Origin: a virus
Lineage: Duplodnaviria; Caudoviricetes
Length of the DNA stretch: 27,416 bases
IMG/VR virus record: IMGVR_UViG_3300017766_000201
Span: 1-27,416 of that record
Direction: 5' to 3' (one strand)
In this document: one piece after another, positions 7,010 to 15,321 of the stretch
Position numbering within the stretch: the first letter of the stretch is position 1
Layout: each line of letters starts with the position of its first letter
Position numbers and translations under genes: made by a program
Notes under the pieces: generated by a model
Database searches by the model: none
The model's input: the letters and a program-made list of their open reading frames with translations, nothing else
Told to the model about the DNA's origin: nothing

Positions 7010-8041
7010 TCAGAATATGTGACTTAAACGTGCAATTTGTCCGTGTTTTTTATGATGCAGGAATCCTTCGATAGCTTTCGGAGCGTGCTGATAGCCTGAA
7101 CGGTGATGCCAGCTATCAGTTCCTGATGCCGAGCGCAATGATTCAACGGTTACTCCTTGATAGTCTTTGGATAGTTTGTGGTGAACGTGGTGCATATAAA
7201 CATACCTGTGCTTTGTCAAGCTCCAATCCATAGGAAACTCGGTAGCCAATAAAAGCGGAAGATCCTGCTGCTTCGCTCCATCTCCGTGAGTAGTTCCGAT
7301 TAGGTTCTCTCCGTATCGATAAGCCTTGCGATGTTGAAGAGAGCAGTCGAAAGTAATGTTTGCAGCTTGACGAAAATGTGTTTTGATACAATCAGCAAGA
7401 AAGAATCCGTGAGTGTAATCGTGGTTAGAAGGATTGAACACAAAATGCACATCAGCCAAAGCAATGAGTTTTTCAAGAATCTCAACATATAATTGTTTTG
7501 CGGTTAAAAAATTACGATACCACATCCCATCCGTGTCTTGTGGAGTGCCTGACGTGGTAGTTCGTCTCGGAGTATCTATGTGTAGAATGTCGTTTCCACC
7601 AACGAATAGAATCTTATCTATATGAAAGCCTGCCGACTTGTCTAAAATGCCTTGTACACCCTCTAAAACGCGTTGTACGGCTATTTGAGAGTTGTATTCT
7701 TCACCAGTTTCAAATGCATCGCATAGTTTTCCTATGTGGATGTCAGCAGGGTCTATGACTAACAAGTGTCCTTCTTCGCTTTGGGTTCGTGTTAACGTAG
7801 GATAAGACGGAGAATGCTCGGCAATGGAGTTGATTAGCTCATCTTTAAACTCGTTGAACTTGTCTTGTTGTCCGTTGAAGTTTGGATTTTTAAAGAATAG
7901 TGATGCCTCTTTGTTTTTTATCCATCCGTGTTTGACGTCCTTTTCGTCTAACCCGAGTGAGTTAGCTTCTTTTTTTATCGCTCTGTACTGATTGACTATT
8001 TCTACTTCGTCAGGTTTTAAGCGATAGCGTGTTTGTTTCAT
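7010..8041 (-). CDS. calcineurin-like metallophosphoesterase
   Basis: DIHIG, GNDILH, SNHD, HGD and HHVHH metal-binding motifs. Confidence 0.8.
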   Translation of the reverse strand: MKQTRYRLKPDEVEIVNQYRAIKKEANSLGLDEKDVKHGWIKNKEASLFFKNPNFNGQQDKFNEFKDELINSIAEHSPSYPTLTRTQSEEGHLLVIDPADIHIGKLCDAFETGEEYNSQIAVQRVLEGVQGILDKSAGFHIDKILFVGGNDILHIDTPRRTTTSGTPQDTDGMWYRNFLTAKQLYVEILEKLIALADVHFVFNPSNHDYTHGFFLADCIKTHFRQAANITFDCSLQHRKAYRYGENLIGTTHGDGAKQQDLPLLLATEFPMDWSLTKHRYVYMHHVHHKLSKDYQGVTVESLRSASGTDSWHHRSGYQHAPKAIEGFLHHKKHGQIARLSHIF

Positions 8042-8487
8042 AGTGGGTTTTTAAAGTTACGCAGTAGCCAGTTTGTTATCATTCCTACTACAAATCCTAA
8101 AACTAACAATAATATATTAGGTTTAGTATTTTTATGTTTCTCGGTTTTGTACTTAACTACCTCGACTTTTTCAATCATTTTCAATGTATCTCGCTTAAGT
8201 TTGTATTCAATACGCGTCTGAAATCTTGTTTTAGGCACGTAAGAACGCTTGTAACGCACTATTGTATCTTTTTGGACTAATACCTTCTCCCACATTATAG
8301 AGTCTCTTAAAACGTACGGAATTGAGTCAATAGAATTTATGACAAAAGTGTCAGCTACCTCCTCGCAACGATAACCCTTGTCAAAGGCTTTACGGACGTG
8401 GTAATTTACCGAGCAAGATGTCGCAAGTATAGTAGATATTAGCGACAAAATCAGTTTACTTCGCAATTTGAAAGTGCATCCAATCAT
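8038..8487 (-). CDS. putative unimolecular spanin (lipoprotein with C-terminal TM)
   Basis: Signal and lipobox KLILSLISTILATS-C, C-terminal TM ILLLVLGFVVGMITNWLL, follows the endolysin. Start uncertain (ATG 8487 or TTG 8466). Confidence 0.6.
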   Translation of the reverse strand: MIGCTFKLRSKLILSLISTILATSCSVNYHVRKAFDKGYRCEEVADTFVINSIDSIPYVLRDSIMWEKVLVQKDTIVRYKRSYVPKTRFQTRIEYKLKRDTLKMIEKVEVVKYKTEKHKNTKPNILLLVLGFVVGMITNWLLRNFKNPL

Positions 8488-8920
8488 AGTTCTTTTCTTT
8501 ACCGAGTGAAATAAATCCGTGTTTGTAGAAAATGTCAATCATTTCCTTGTATTCAGGACGAGCAAACCTTGCAGTCTTGCTTGTTTCTTTTAGCGTGTTT
8601 CTCGCAAGGTCTAAATCAATAGCAATTCCGAAAGCGTGAGTAGACCAAGACGTGCCACCTCGCATCTTGCGATAGTTAAAACATCCTCCGTAAAGGTCTA
8701 TTCCTAACTCTACAAGGCGATTGTACCCATACACGGATAAAAGCTCGTTAAACACCTTTAAAAAGGCATTTGCAACGTCCTTATGGCAGCGCATCTTTGT
8801 TACCATTGTTTTAGTATCCCAAGCAATGCGCATAGGATAAGGCAGTTTGATTGTAGTTAGATACGTTCCTGATTCGTTAGGTAGTCCGTATTTCGCTATG
8901 GCTTGTGCGGTTGTCAGCAT
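8456..8920 (-). CDS. endolysin, M15-family Zn peptidase
   Basis: R..RGG..WSTHAFGIAID and DWMHFQ motifs. Confidence 0.9.
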   Translation of the reverse strand: MLTTAQAIAKYGLPNESGTYLTTIKLPYPMRIAWDTKTMVTKMRCHKDVANAFLKVFNELLSVYGYNRLVELGIDLYGGCFNYRKMRGGTSWSTHAFGIAIDLDLARNTLKETSKTARFARPEYKEMIDIFYKHGFISLGKEKNYDWMHFQIAK

Positions 8921-8959
8921 TTGTCAAGTTTTTTGAGTTAATAAGTTGACATTAATAAA

Positions 8960-8983
8960 CCCCGACAACAGTATCATCGGGGG
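8960..8983 (-). terminator. stem-loop between holin and endolysin (weak terminator or processing site)
   Basis: CCCCGAUGA-UACUG-UUGUCGGGG followed by UUUAUU. Confidence 0.5.
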
Positions 8984-8994
8984 ATTCTCGGTGT

Positions 8995-9234
8995 TCAGTT
9001 ATCTTGAGCAGTCGAGTGGGGTGTTTTTATTTTCTTACTCCAAACGGTTAAACCTATCGCAGTAGCTGAATATGTCAGAAGCCCTACAAACACGAACTCG
9101 TGTACCTTAAACGGCTTTAATAACGGAAGCAGCGCATAAAATACTGCTATCCAAAAAGACGTAAAAGCAGACAGTCTTTTAATAGACCATTTGCCGCTAG
9201 GCTTTAGAGTTTCGTTTATTAGTTCTTTTATCAT
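8995..9234 (-). CDS. putative holin (2 TM)
   Basis: Start MIKELINE. GKWSIKRL, two hydrophobic segments and a basic tail. Upstream of the endolysin. Confidence 0.6.
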   Translation of the reverse strand: MIKELINETLKPSGKWSIKRLSAFTSFWIAVFYALLPLLKPFKVHEFVFVGLLTYSATAIGLTVWSKKIKTPHSTAQDN

Positions 9235-9424
9235 TTGGCAATATTGCGTATAACTTTTCAGATAGTTCAATTCGTGTATTTGTAGCCTTACGATAGCTCT
9301 GCTCTTTGTAACAATCATAGAGAGCAGCTTCTACTTTGTTAAGGCGGTTATCCGTATGCCACAACCAAAGAGCAAGCACACCAGTTACTCCGTACTTTTT
9401 AACTATTGTAACAAATTCCGTCAT
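9197..9424 (-). CDS. small membrane protein (holin/antiholin-like)
   Basis: N-terminal hydrophobic YGVTGVLALWLW, then a short coiled coil. Lies in the lysis cassette. Confidence 0.55.
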   Translation of the reverse strand: MTEFVTIVKKYGVTGVLALWLWHTDNRLNKVEAALYDCYKEQSYRKATNTRIELSEKLYAILPNDKRTNKRNSKA

Positions 9425-9618
9425 TCAGCAGGTGTATAGGTTATTTGTTCAAGTTCTAATAACTGCTCACGAATCTCGCTGAAGTTAGGGTCATTCAAGA
9501 CCTCAAGACCTACGATAAATCTACCGCTTCCATCTTGTACAAATAAAAGCTCGCTTGCGTTATTCTTATAGCCGTTTAAGGCATTGTATTGGTCTTCGTT
9601 TGGGTGTAGAACTATCAT
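9421..9618 (-). CDS. small protein after the fibre gene (possible fibre chaperone)
   Basis: 65 aa, coupled to 9615..10481. Function inferred from position only. Confidence 0.55.
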   Translation of the reverse strand: MIVLHPNEDQYNALNGYKNNASELLFVQDGSGRFIVGLEVLNDPNFSEIREQLLELEQITYTPAE

Positions 9619-10481
9619 AAACTATTTTTATAGGTGTTCCAATCTGCGATAAAATTAGCGTTCTCTGCAATCAATGATGCGCCCATTGCATACGCTGCGC
9701 AAGTGTGTCCTCCAAATAAACTTCCCGCTCTTAAAATAAATTGATTTGAATTACTTATTGCTGCTGATAGTTGAGTTGTTGAAACACCAGTTGTTTCATT
9801 ATATGCAGTTATATCAGTTGCAGACGTTCTATGTAATGATTTTGTGTTGACTGCGGCGGTAAAGTCTAAAGCTACAAGCGAGACGTTTGTCCCCGCATTA
9901 ATTCTTTGCGCATTACTTAAACTGCGCGCCATTGTATTTAGATTGCTTGACACAACACCATCAAACCTACCCGTACCAATTGCGTGAGTAAAGAAATAAC
10001 GAGATGCGTTGTTCAAAATGTAGTTAACACCTTGAGTAAGTGGGTTGAAGTTTGTGTCAATGTAGCTGCTCGAGCCGTTGCCCATCAAACCACCATTGCT
10101 GACAAACGTAGGAGCGTTGACGAGTGTTGACTGATTAGCGTTAGGGTTCTTCCAATTGAGCGTGCCAAAGTCTGCACCTCCATCTTGAGCGAACACATAG
10201 AATACATCAAGTTTTGCCCAAACGCCGTCAGCTTTCATAGATGTAAGTAAAGTGTTCTGCTTGAGTTTAACTGCATCACTTGGTAAAGTGTAGCCGAGAG
10301 TAGTAGCTCTATCTAAAATTGCTTGGTATTCATCTTCGTAGGCAAATCCTACAATATCAGTTAAACCTGCCCAAGATTCTTTATGGGAATCACCCCAAGA
10401 AATGGAGTTGTTAACTGCGCCTTGACCCCAACCAATTGTGTTGTTAGATGCGCCATCTCCCCATCCGTTGCTATTTGCCAT
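9615..10481 (-). CDS. putative tail fibre / receptor-binding structural protein
   Basis: G/N/S/T-rich, beta-like composition, N-terminal WG repeats, at the end of the structural block. Confidence 0.55.
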   Translation of the reverse strand: MANSNGWGDGASNNTIGWGQGAVNNSISWGDSHKESWAGLTDIVGFAYEDEYQAILDRATTLGYTLPSDAVKLKQNTLLTSMKADGVWAKLDVFYVFAQDGGADFGTLNWKNPNANQSTLVNAPTFVSNGGLMGNGSSSYIDTNFNPLTQGVNYILNNASRYFFTHAIGTGRFDGVVSSNLNTMARSLSNAQRINAGTNVSLVALDFTAAVNTKSLHRTSATDITAYNETTGVSTTQLSAAISNSNQFILRAGSLFGGHTCAAYAMGASLIAENANFIADWNTYKNSL

Positions 10482-10569
10482 TTTCTTGTTTGCTTAAATA
10501 GATTCGTAATTTTTCTACATTCGTGTTTTTAGGGCTATACTTCAAACCCTTTGGACGATTCTTTTTCAT
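10471..10569 (-). CDS. small basic protein (32 aa)
   Basis: Manual translation MKKNRPKGLKYSPKNTNVEKLRIYLSKQENGK. ATGA overlap with the upstream stop, and overlaps the next start. Confidence 0.55.
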   Translation of the reverse strand: MKKNRPKGLKYSPKNTNVEKLRIYLSKQENGK

Positions 10570-11066
10570 ATAAACCAACTGGTATAATTGTTCGTAGTGT
10601 CAGGGTACATATCTTGGTCAACGTTTTGATTGTATTCAGGGAATAAATCTTGGTTGAAACTCATATAACTGATGAAACGCTCCGTGTAGTGTTGAGCAAT
10701 TTGTCTCTCTTTCTCTAACAAAAAGTCTACTTCGTTTTTCTCTACGTTTTCAGCGTTCTCGGATGAGTGCTTGTAAACACCTTTGTTAGCGATTGTGTAA
10801 GCTGCGAAAGGTAAATATTCAACGAGACTCCAATGTATGAGCATTGGCTTAACGTATGTTTCTACAAGTGTCTCGTAGTTACCTGTAAGTGTGTTTGCAA
10901 TTATTAACGTTTGTAGCTTCTCAAGTAATTTTGTACCCAAGTAGGTTTGTATATGGATATCTTGAGCGATTTTGACAAAAGAAATGAACTTGTCAGTATC
11001 TACATTGCCGTTGACTGCGGTAAAACGAACTATATCGTCTCTTGTTATAAGTAGTGCCGTTGCCAT
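10566..11066 (-). CDS. putative head-tail adaptor/connector
   Basis: Helical 166-aa protein with I..AQD.HI...LGT.L pattern, directly after the portal. Confidence 0.6.
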   Translation of the reverse strand: MATALLITRDDIVRFTAVNGNVDTDKFISFVKIAQDIHIQTYLGTKLLEKLQTLIIANTLTGNYETLVETYVKPMLIHWSLVEYLPFAAYTIANKGVYKHSSENAENVEKNEVDFLLEKERQIAQHYTERFISYMSFNQDLFPEYNQNVDQDMYPDTTNNYTSWFI

Positions 11067-12853
11067 TATTTCTTGCCGTAAATAGGGTTAGTAGGTAAAA
11101 AGCCGTTGTAAGGCATATCAACAGGACGCACAAATACTTCTTGTGGATTCCTAACACGATATCCTGCCTTTTCTGCTTTGTTAGTGCTGATAGTTTTAGC
11201 GTTTGGACTGGTAGGATCTATTCCCATACCTTCCTCAAATGATACATAAGTTCTACGCAACCATTTATGATGGCAGTTGCCTCCACCTTTAAACTTAAAA
11301 ATGTCGTATGTAGAAGCTCCGTTTGCACCCCATCCTGCATTCACAGGTTGATTGCTCATTCTAACGATGTCTTCTTTGCGATAAACTTTGTTTGCGGCAG
11401 TCATCTTCTTGCAGAACTCACGAGATTTGGCAGATGTGTCACCTGAATAAACGTAGCGAGTGATGAATTTGAATCCGTCAATAACTTTATCTTGTTCGGA
11501 TTTGGCTTTAGGATTTGCAGTTCCTGTGCTTACAAAATTGTAAACTTTAGATAAAAGAGATGGCTTACGATTGCTTGCCATTTCAATTTCTGCGTCTATA
11601 GCATCTTCTTGCTCAAGGTCAACCTCAAACTCGTCAATCAATACCCACTTTTCATCAGGCATCTCTCCGCACTCAATAAGTGCATCTGCGATTTCGTTGT
11701 CAAGAGCTTCGTGTTTTGATAACTCCGTACCTGTCTCCTCTGCAACTTGCTCTTCAGTTACTGCATTTTCAAGGTCTACAAACTCAAGCGGCTTGAGAGT
11801 CTTGAAGAATAGGTTTAAGGAGATGTTGTTAAATGATAGAATCTTGTCAATGGCATCAATTATCTCCTCTTGGAAAGGCTTAATCACCATATTATTGAAC
11901 AAGATAAACGAGTTCTCAAGCTCATCAGCATTAGACGAGAATCCGTTAGACGATGCAACACCAAATAAAAGTGGTGACGTGACGTTGTGTCCGAGCATAA
12001 TCTTACGCAAACACTCTTCGCTTAAATATGTGTAGTGTTCAGGTGCGTCATTAAGTGGAATATCCTCAACCGTCGTACGAGTATCCATATTGTCATTGAA
12101 CGCTACGATTACTTTCTGACCTTTACTACCAGTCAACTTACCGAGAACCTTCGCAGAGATGATTTCTTGCTGCTCTAATGTAGGCACTCCGTTGTTGAAG
12201 TTAACTACTTTAGTTCCGCTGAATCCGTTTTGAACCTCGTTGATTAGATAGTCGGAAATTTCCTCTTCCAAAAGTGCGTATGGTACTGCACCTTGATAGT
12301 CAACGTAGGAATAGTATTTCATTCCGACTGAATAAGGCTTGCTGAATAGGATTTCTACCTTCTCGTTGGTAAATCCAAACGCAGGAAAGCGTTTAGGGAC
12401 GTATTTCTTGATGTCAGTCCAATCATCCGAGTAGTAGTAGCCTTCAATATCTCCGTCTTTATTGCATTTTTCAGCACGTAGTAAGTTTACAGGAATATGG
12501 TAAGCCTTGAGAATCTTATCGTGCTTATCGTTGTAGTGTACCTGAATAGCAAACTGCCCGAATAACTTGCGGTCAAAAACAATCTTTCTCAAACACTCTT
12601 TCGAAATCAAGGTCATCATTTGAGCGTACTCGTTAGGCTTGCGGTTAGCGTCAGTAGCTGACAATCCTTTGCCGTAGATAAGTCGTGAGATGTTATTTAT
12701 GATGGCATTATTGGTTGTAGAGTTCGTGTATCTATCAATCAAGAACTGAAAAGCGTTGTTATCCTCTCCGTAATCTACCCAAGCCTCACGCTTGCTCTCC
12801 TGAATTACAGGAGTAGTGTAAGCGGATAGATTTAAAACGTGTATGTTACTCAT
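11066..12853 (-). CDS. portal protein with C-terminal MuF-like extension
   Basis: WVDYGEDN, STTNNAII, I..GH.VTSP.LFG and VIKPFQEEI portal-like segments. C-terminal SREFC..GGGNCHHKW. Start MSNIH overlaps the upstream stop. Confidence 0.8.
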   Translation of the reverse strand: MSNIHVLNLSAYTTPVIQESKREAWVDYGEDNNAFQFLIDRYTNSTTNNAIINNISRLIYGKGLSATDANRKPNEYAQMMTLISKECLRKIVFDRKLFGQFAIQVHYNDKHDKILKAYHIPVNLLRAEKCNKDGDIEGYYYSDDWTDIKKYVPKRFPAFGFTNEKVEILFSKPYSVGMKYYSYVDYQGAVPYALLEEEISDYLINEVQNGFSGTKVVNFNNGVPTLEQQEIISAKVLGKLTGSKGQKVIVAFNDNMDTRTTVEDIPLNDAPEHYTYLSEECLRKIMLGHNVTSPLLFGVASSNGFSSNADELENSFILFNNMVIKPFQEEIIDAIDKILSFNNISLNLFFKTLKPLEFVDLENAVTEEQVAEETGTELSKHEALDNEIADALIECGEMPDEKWVLIDEFEVDLEQEDAIDAEIEMASNRKPSLLSKVYNFVSTGTANPKAKSEQDKVIDGFKFITRYVYSGDTSAKSREFCKKMTAANKVYRKEDIVRMSNQPVNAGWGANGASTYDIFKFKGGGNCHHKWLRRTYVSFEEGMGIDPTSPNAKTISTNKAEKAGYRVRNPQEVFVRPVDMPYNGFLPTNPIYGKK

Positions 12854-13175
12854 ATACGATGTATGTATTTGCGGTTGTGTTAGAAGTGTACTCACCTGAA
12901 TTTACCGAGAAGTTCACGATGTTTTGGTCAGTACAAAAAATTCGGTCTTTGTATACGATGTCAGTTCCTTGTTTTAGAACCAAGTCGTAGAAGTGTCCTT
13001 CTTTTAATGCGAAGGATGCAGTGATCGTGTTTACGTAGTCTCCTTGTGTTGAACTGGTGATTGTAATAGTTGCAGGTGTGTTTGTTTGGTCATCCGTTAG
13101 AATCATTGTATTGAATGAACCTCTCGGAATAAACGAAAACGTCTGCGCTGATGTAGATGTAGTTAATACTATCAT
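12846..13175 (-). CDS. virion-associated hypothetical protein
   Basis: 109-aa Thr-rich beta protein, first gene behind a late promoter. Confidence 0.6.
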   Translation of the reverse strand: MIVLTTSTSAQTFSFIPRGSFNTMILTDDQTNTPATITITSSTQGDYVNTITASFALKEGHFYDLVLKQGTDIVYKDRIFCTDQNIVNFSVNSGEYTSNTTANTYIVYE

Positions 13176-13181
13176 ACTATA

Positions 13182-13207
13182 ATAACGTTCAGAATTAGTT
13201 TTGTTTC
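13182..13207 (-). promoter_or_regulatory. late promoter (phage sigma)
   Basis: GAAACA-N12-AACGTTAT-N6-ATG. Confidence 0.75.
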
Positions 13208-13212
13208 CAAAT

Positions 13213-13237
13213 AAAAAAGGCAGACCGAAGCCTGCCC
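13213..13237 (-). terminator. intrinsic terminator after the tail tube gene
   Basis: GGCAGGC-UUCG-GUCUGCC then U6 (cUUCGg tetraloop). Confidence 0.9.
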
Positions 13238-13258
13238 TTTAACGCTATGAAAAAAAGA

Positions 13259-13816
13259 TTAAGAAGCAACGATGGTAGTAGTCGCACCAAATACGCTACC
13301 TGCACCAATTAGACCTGCTTCAGAAGTTGCATCAAGTAGATTGGCAAGGATTTTTTCAGTGCCTACAAACGTCAATGTATAACCAACCATATCGCCCATT
13401 GCAACACCATTTGACACGTTAGCAGTAGTCAACTCCATTCCGTGTTCTAAACCTGCAAGGAAGAATTGGTTGTTACGTGTTTTGATTACTACGTTAGGAC
13501 GTCCGTAAGACAATAACTTAACCGTCTTGTGAGTTGCAGCATCTTGTTTCTTTAAAGTAACTGACAAAGTCTGCTCTACAAATGAAGTTCCGTTCTCACG
13601 TGAAGTTGTGATAACTTGGTCAAAAGAGTTCGTTCCTTTAAGTTGGTATTTGTAAAGTGAAGTTACGTTAGCAATTGCATCAATTGTGTCAGTTGTAGAA
13701 ACGTAAGTTATGTCAGTTGCAGAGTTGTAGTCTCCGTAGTTAATAAAGTAGATAGCGTCAATACCGCCTACTACGTCCTTACATACTTCTAATCTGCCTG
13801 TTGTTATTTCGCACAT
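13259..13816 (-). CDS. major tail tube protein
   Basis: CKD.VGGI..IYF, SRENGT.F.EQTL...L and GYTLTF.G.E pattern. No sheath gene nearby. Confidence 0.7.
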   Translation of the reverse strand: MCEITTGRLEVCKDVVGGIDAIYFINYGDYNSATDITYVSTTDTIDAIANVTSLYKYQLKGTNSFDQVITTSRENGTSFVEQTLSVTLKKQDAATHKTVKLLSYGRPNVVIKTRNNQFFLAGLEHGMELTTANVSNGVAMGDMVGYTLTFVGTEKILANLLDATSEAGLIGAGSVFGATTTIVAS

Positions 13817-13839
13817 ATTTTTTAGATTTTAAATGTTAT

Positions 13840-13868
13840 AAAAAAGGGAGGAGCGAAAACCCCTCCCC
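13840..13868 (-). terminator. intrinsic terminator after the major capsid gene
   Basis: GGGAGGGG-UUUUCG-CUCCUCCC then U6. Confidence 0.85.
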
Positions 13869-13890
13869 GATTATTTGAAATCAGCTAATT

Positions 13891-14856
13891 TTAGTTAGCA
13901 GAGTTTGTGATTCCGTAAGTAACAACGTCAGAAGCAAAACCATATTTAGCATCAGCAGTAAAGCGCATAACTACACGTACGTTTTGTGAGCCATCGATAT
14001 CACCCATATCTAAAACCTTAACTTCGTTCATATCGTTCAACAAACCAGTTGCGAAGTACAAGTTAGATTTTTGTGCAAGCAATGCAGTGTTGTTAGCAAG
14101 ACCGTTAGCCATAAAGATACGAACACCATCAAAATACAAGTCGTTCAATACTTGGTTTGTACCTTTGTTATCGTAACCATTAGCACCTACACCTGAAGCA
14201 GCGAAACCACCCAATGCACGTACATAAGCACGATAGATGTTGTTAGATACATACAAAGTAAGGTCTTCTTTTCCGTAGATAGCAGCAGGACAAGCATCAA
14301 CGATAGAACCTAATTGAGCAATAACGTTAGAAGCATCTACTGTAGTACCTGCAATCTCTTGTGCAGCTGGCAAAGCAGCATCAGTAGTCAATTGTGTCAT
14401 TATACCTGCGAACTGACCTGCAGTTGCGTTAACACCTCTCCAAATCGAAGTCTCCATACCTGCAGCAACTTTCTCGGCAGCGTGTGCAATTAAGAAGTCA
14501 GCGAAAGATTTAGGAAGAACGTCAAATGCAGAGTAACCCATTTGAATGGCATCCCAATCTGAACGGAAGTCAGACTTACAAAGTTGCAAGTTAACTTGGA
14601 AAGATTCAGGTTGAAGGATACGTTCAGTCAAAGTAACTGAAGAGGTGGGATCAAAGTCACAAGTAGCGTTTTTGATGATGTCATCAGTAGCCACACGCTT
14701 GATAACTTGCTTATATTTGACGTTAGGCATAATAGTGATACCGCCTTTGTCAAGAGTTGGAGCAGACAATAAAGCTGCTGCGATGTACTTACCTGCAAAC
14801 TCACCAGCATATGTTGTGCTGATGCTTTGAGTAGTCGATAGATTAATTTTTTCCAT
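13891..14856 (-). CDS. major capsid protein
   Basis: 321 aa, TTYAGEFAGKYIAAALLSA start, biased codon use, downstream of the scaffold and followed by a strong terminator. Confidence 0.8.
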   Translation of the reverse strand: MEKINLSTTQSISTTYAGEFAGKYIAAALLSAPTLDKGGITIMPNVKYKQVIKRVATDDIIKNATCDFDPTSSVTLTERILQPESFQVNLQLCKSDFRSDWDAIQMGYSAFDVLPKSFADFLIAHAAEKVAAGMETSIWRGVNATAGQFAGIMTQLTTDAALPAAQEIAGTTVDASNVIAQLGSIVDACPAAIYGKEDLTLYVSNNIYRAYVRALGGFAASGVGANGYDNKGTNQVLNDLYFDGVRIFMANGLANNTALLAQKSNLYFATGLLNDMNEVKVLDMGDIDGSQNVRVVMRFTADAKYGFASDVVTYGITNSAN

Positions 14857-14879
14857 TTTATTTAATTATTTAAGTTCGT

Positions 14880-15302
14880 TTATACTACAGTTAATGTGAT
14901 TGCGCCTGCAGAAGTTCCCATACCTGATACATACCAGTTAGTACCATCACAATTCAATTCTACGAAGTCACCGATTGTGTCAGCAGAAGCAGAGAAAGTG
15001 ATCGTGTTTTCGTCAGCAGCAGGAACAAGTGTGCTATTGACAATAACACCACCTTGAATTTTGCTTGTAGCTGCTTTGATAGTCCAAGCAGTAGTTGCAA
15101 ATAAAGCACCTACAATAAAACGATAATCGTGTCCTGCAGCGTCAGCAACGGCAGGAAGTGTAATTTGTGCGCCTGCAGCAGCGTTAAGAATAAATACTTT
15201 ACCGCTATCTTCAGCAGTTAAAGTTGTTGCACCTGTCAATGTTTCAGTTACGCCTACTTGACGTAAAACATCGTTAGATACTGATGTAAATGTTGTACTC
15301 GT
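14880..15302 (-). CDS. putative capsid decoration / minor head protein (probable ACG start)
   Basis: TTLTA.DSGK.F.L..A.G..ITLP..GDFVEL.CDGTNWYV. The frame is open 21 codons upstream of the track's TTG, to ACG at 15302. Confidence 0.6.
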   Translation of the reverse strand, partial: TSTTFTSVSNDVLRQVGVTETLTGATTLTAEDSGKVFILNAAAGAQITLPAVADAAGHDYRFIVGALFATTAWTIKAATSKIQGGVIVNSTLVPAADENTITFSASADTIGDFVELNCDGTNWYVSGMGTSAGAITLTVV

Positions 15303-15321
15303 TTTTTTGGTTTTTTAGTTA

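Noticed and set aside
13247-13312. Plus-strand mini-ORFs starting at the ACGCTATG copies (21 aa here, 13 aa at 6981)
   Set aside because: They run antisense into genes, share no peptide similarity and have no evident promoter. The antisense-RNA reading fits better, but this is not fully excluded.
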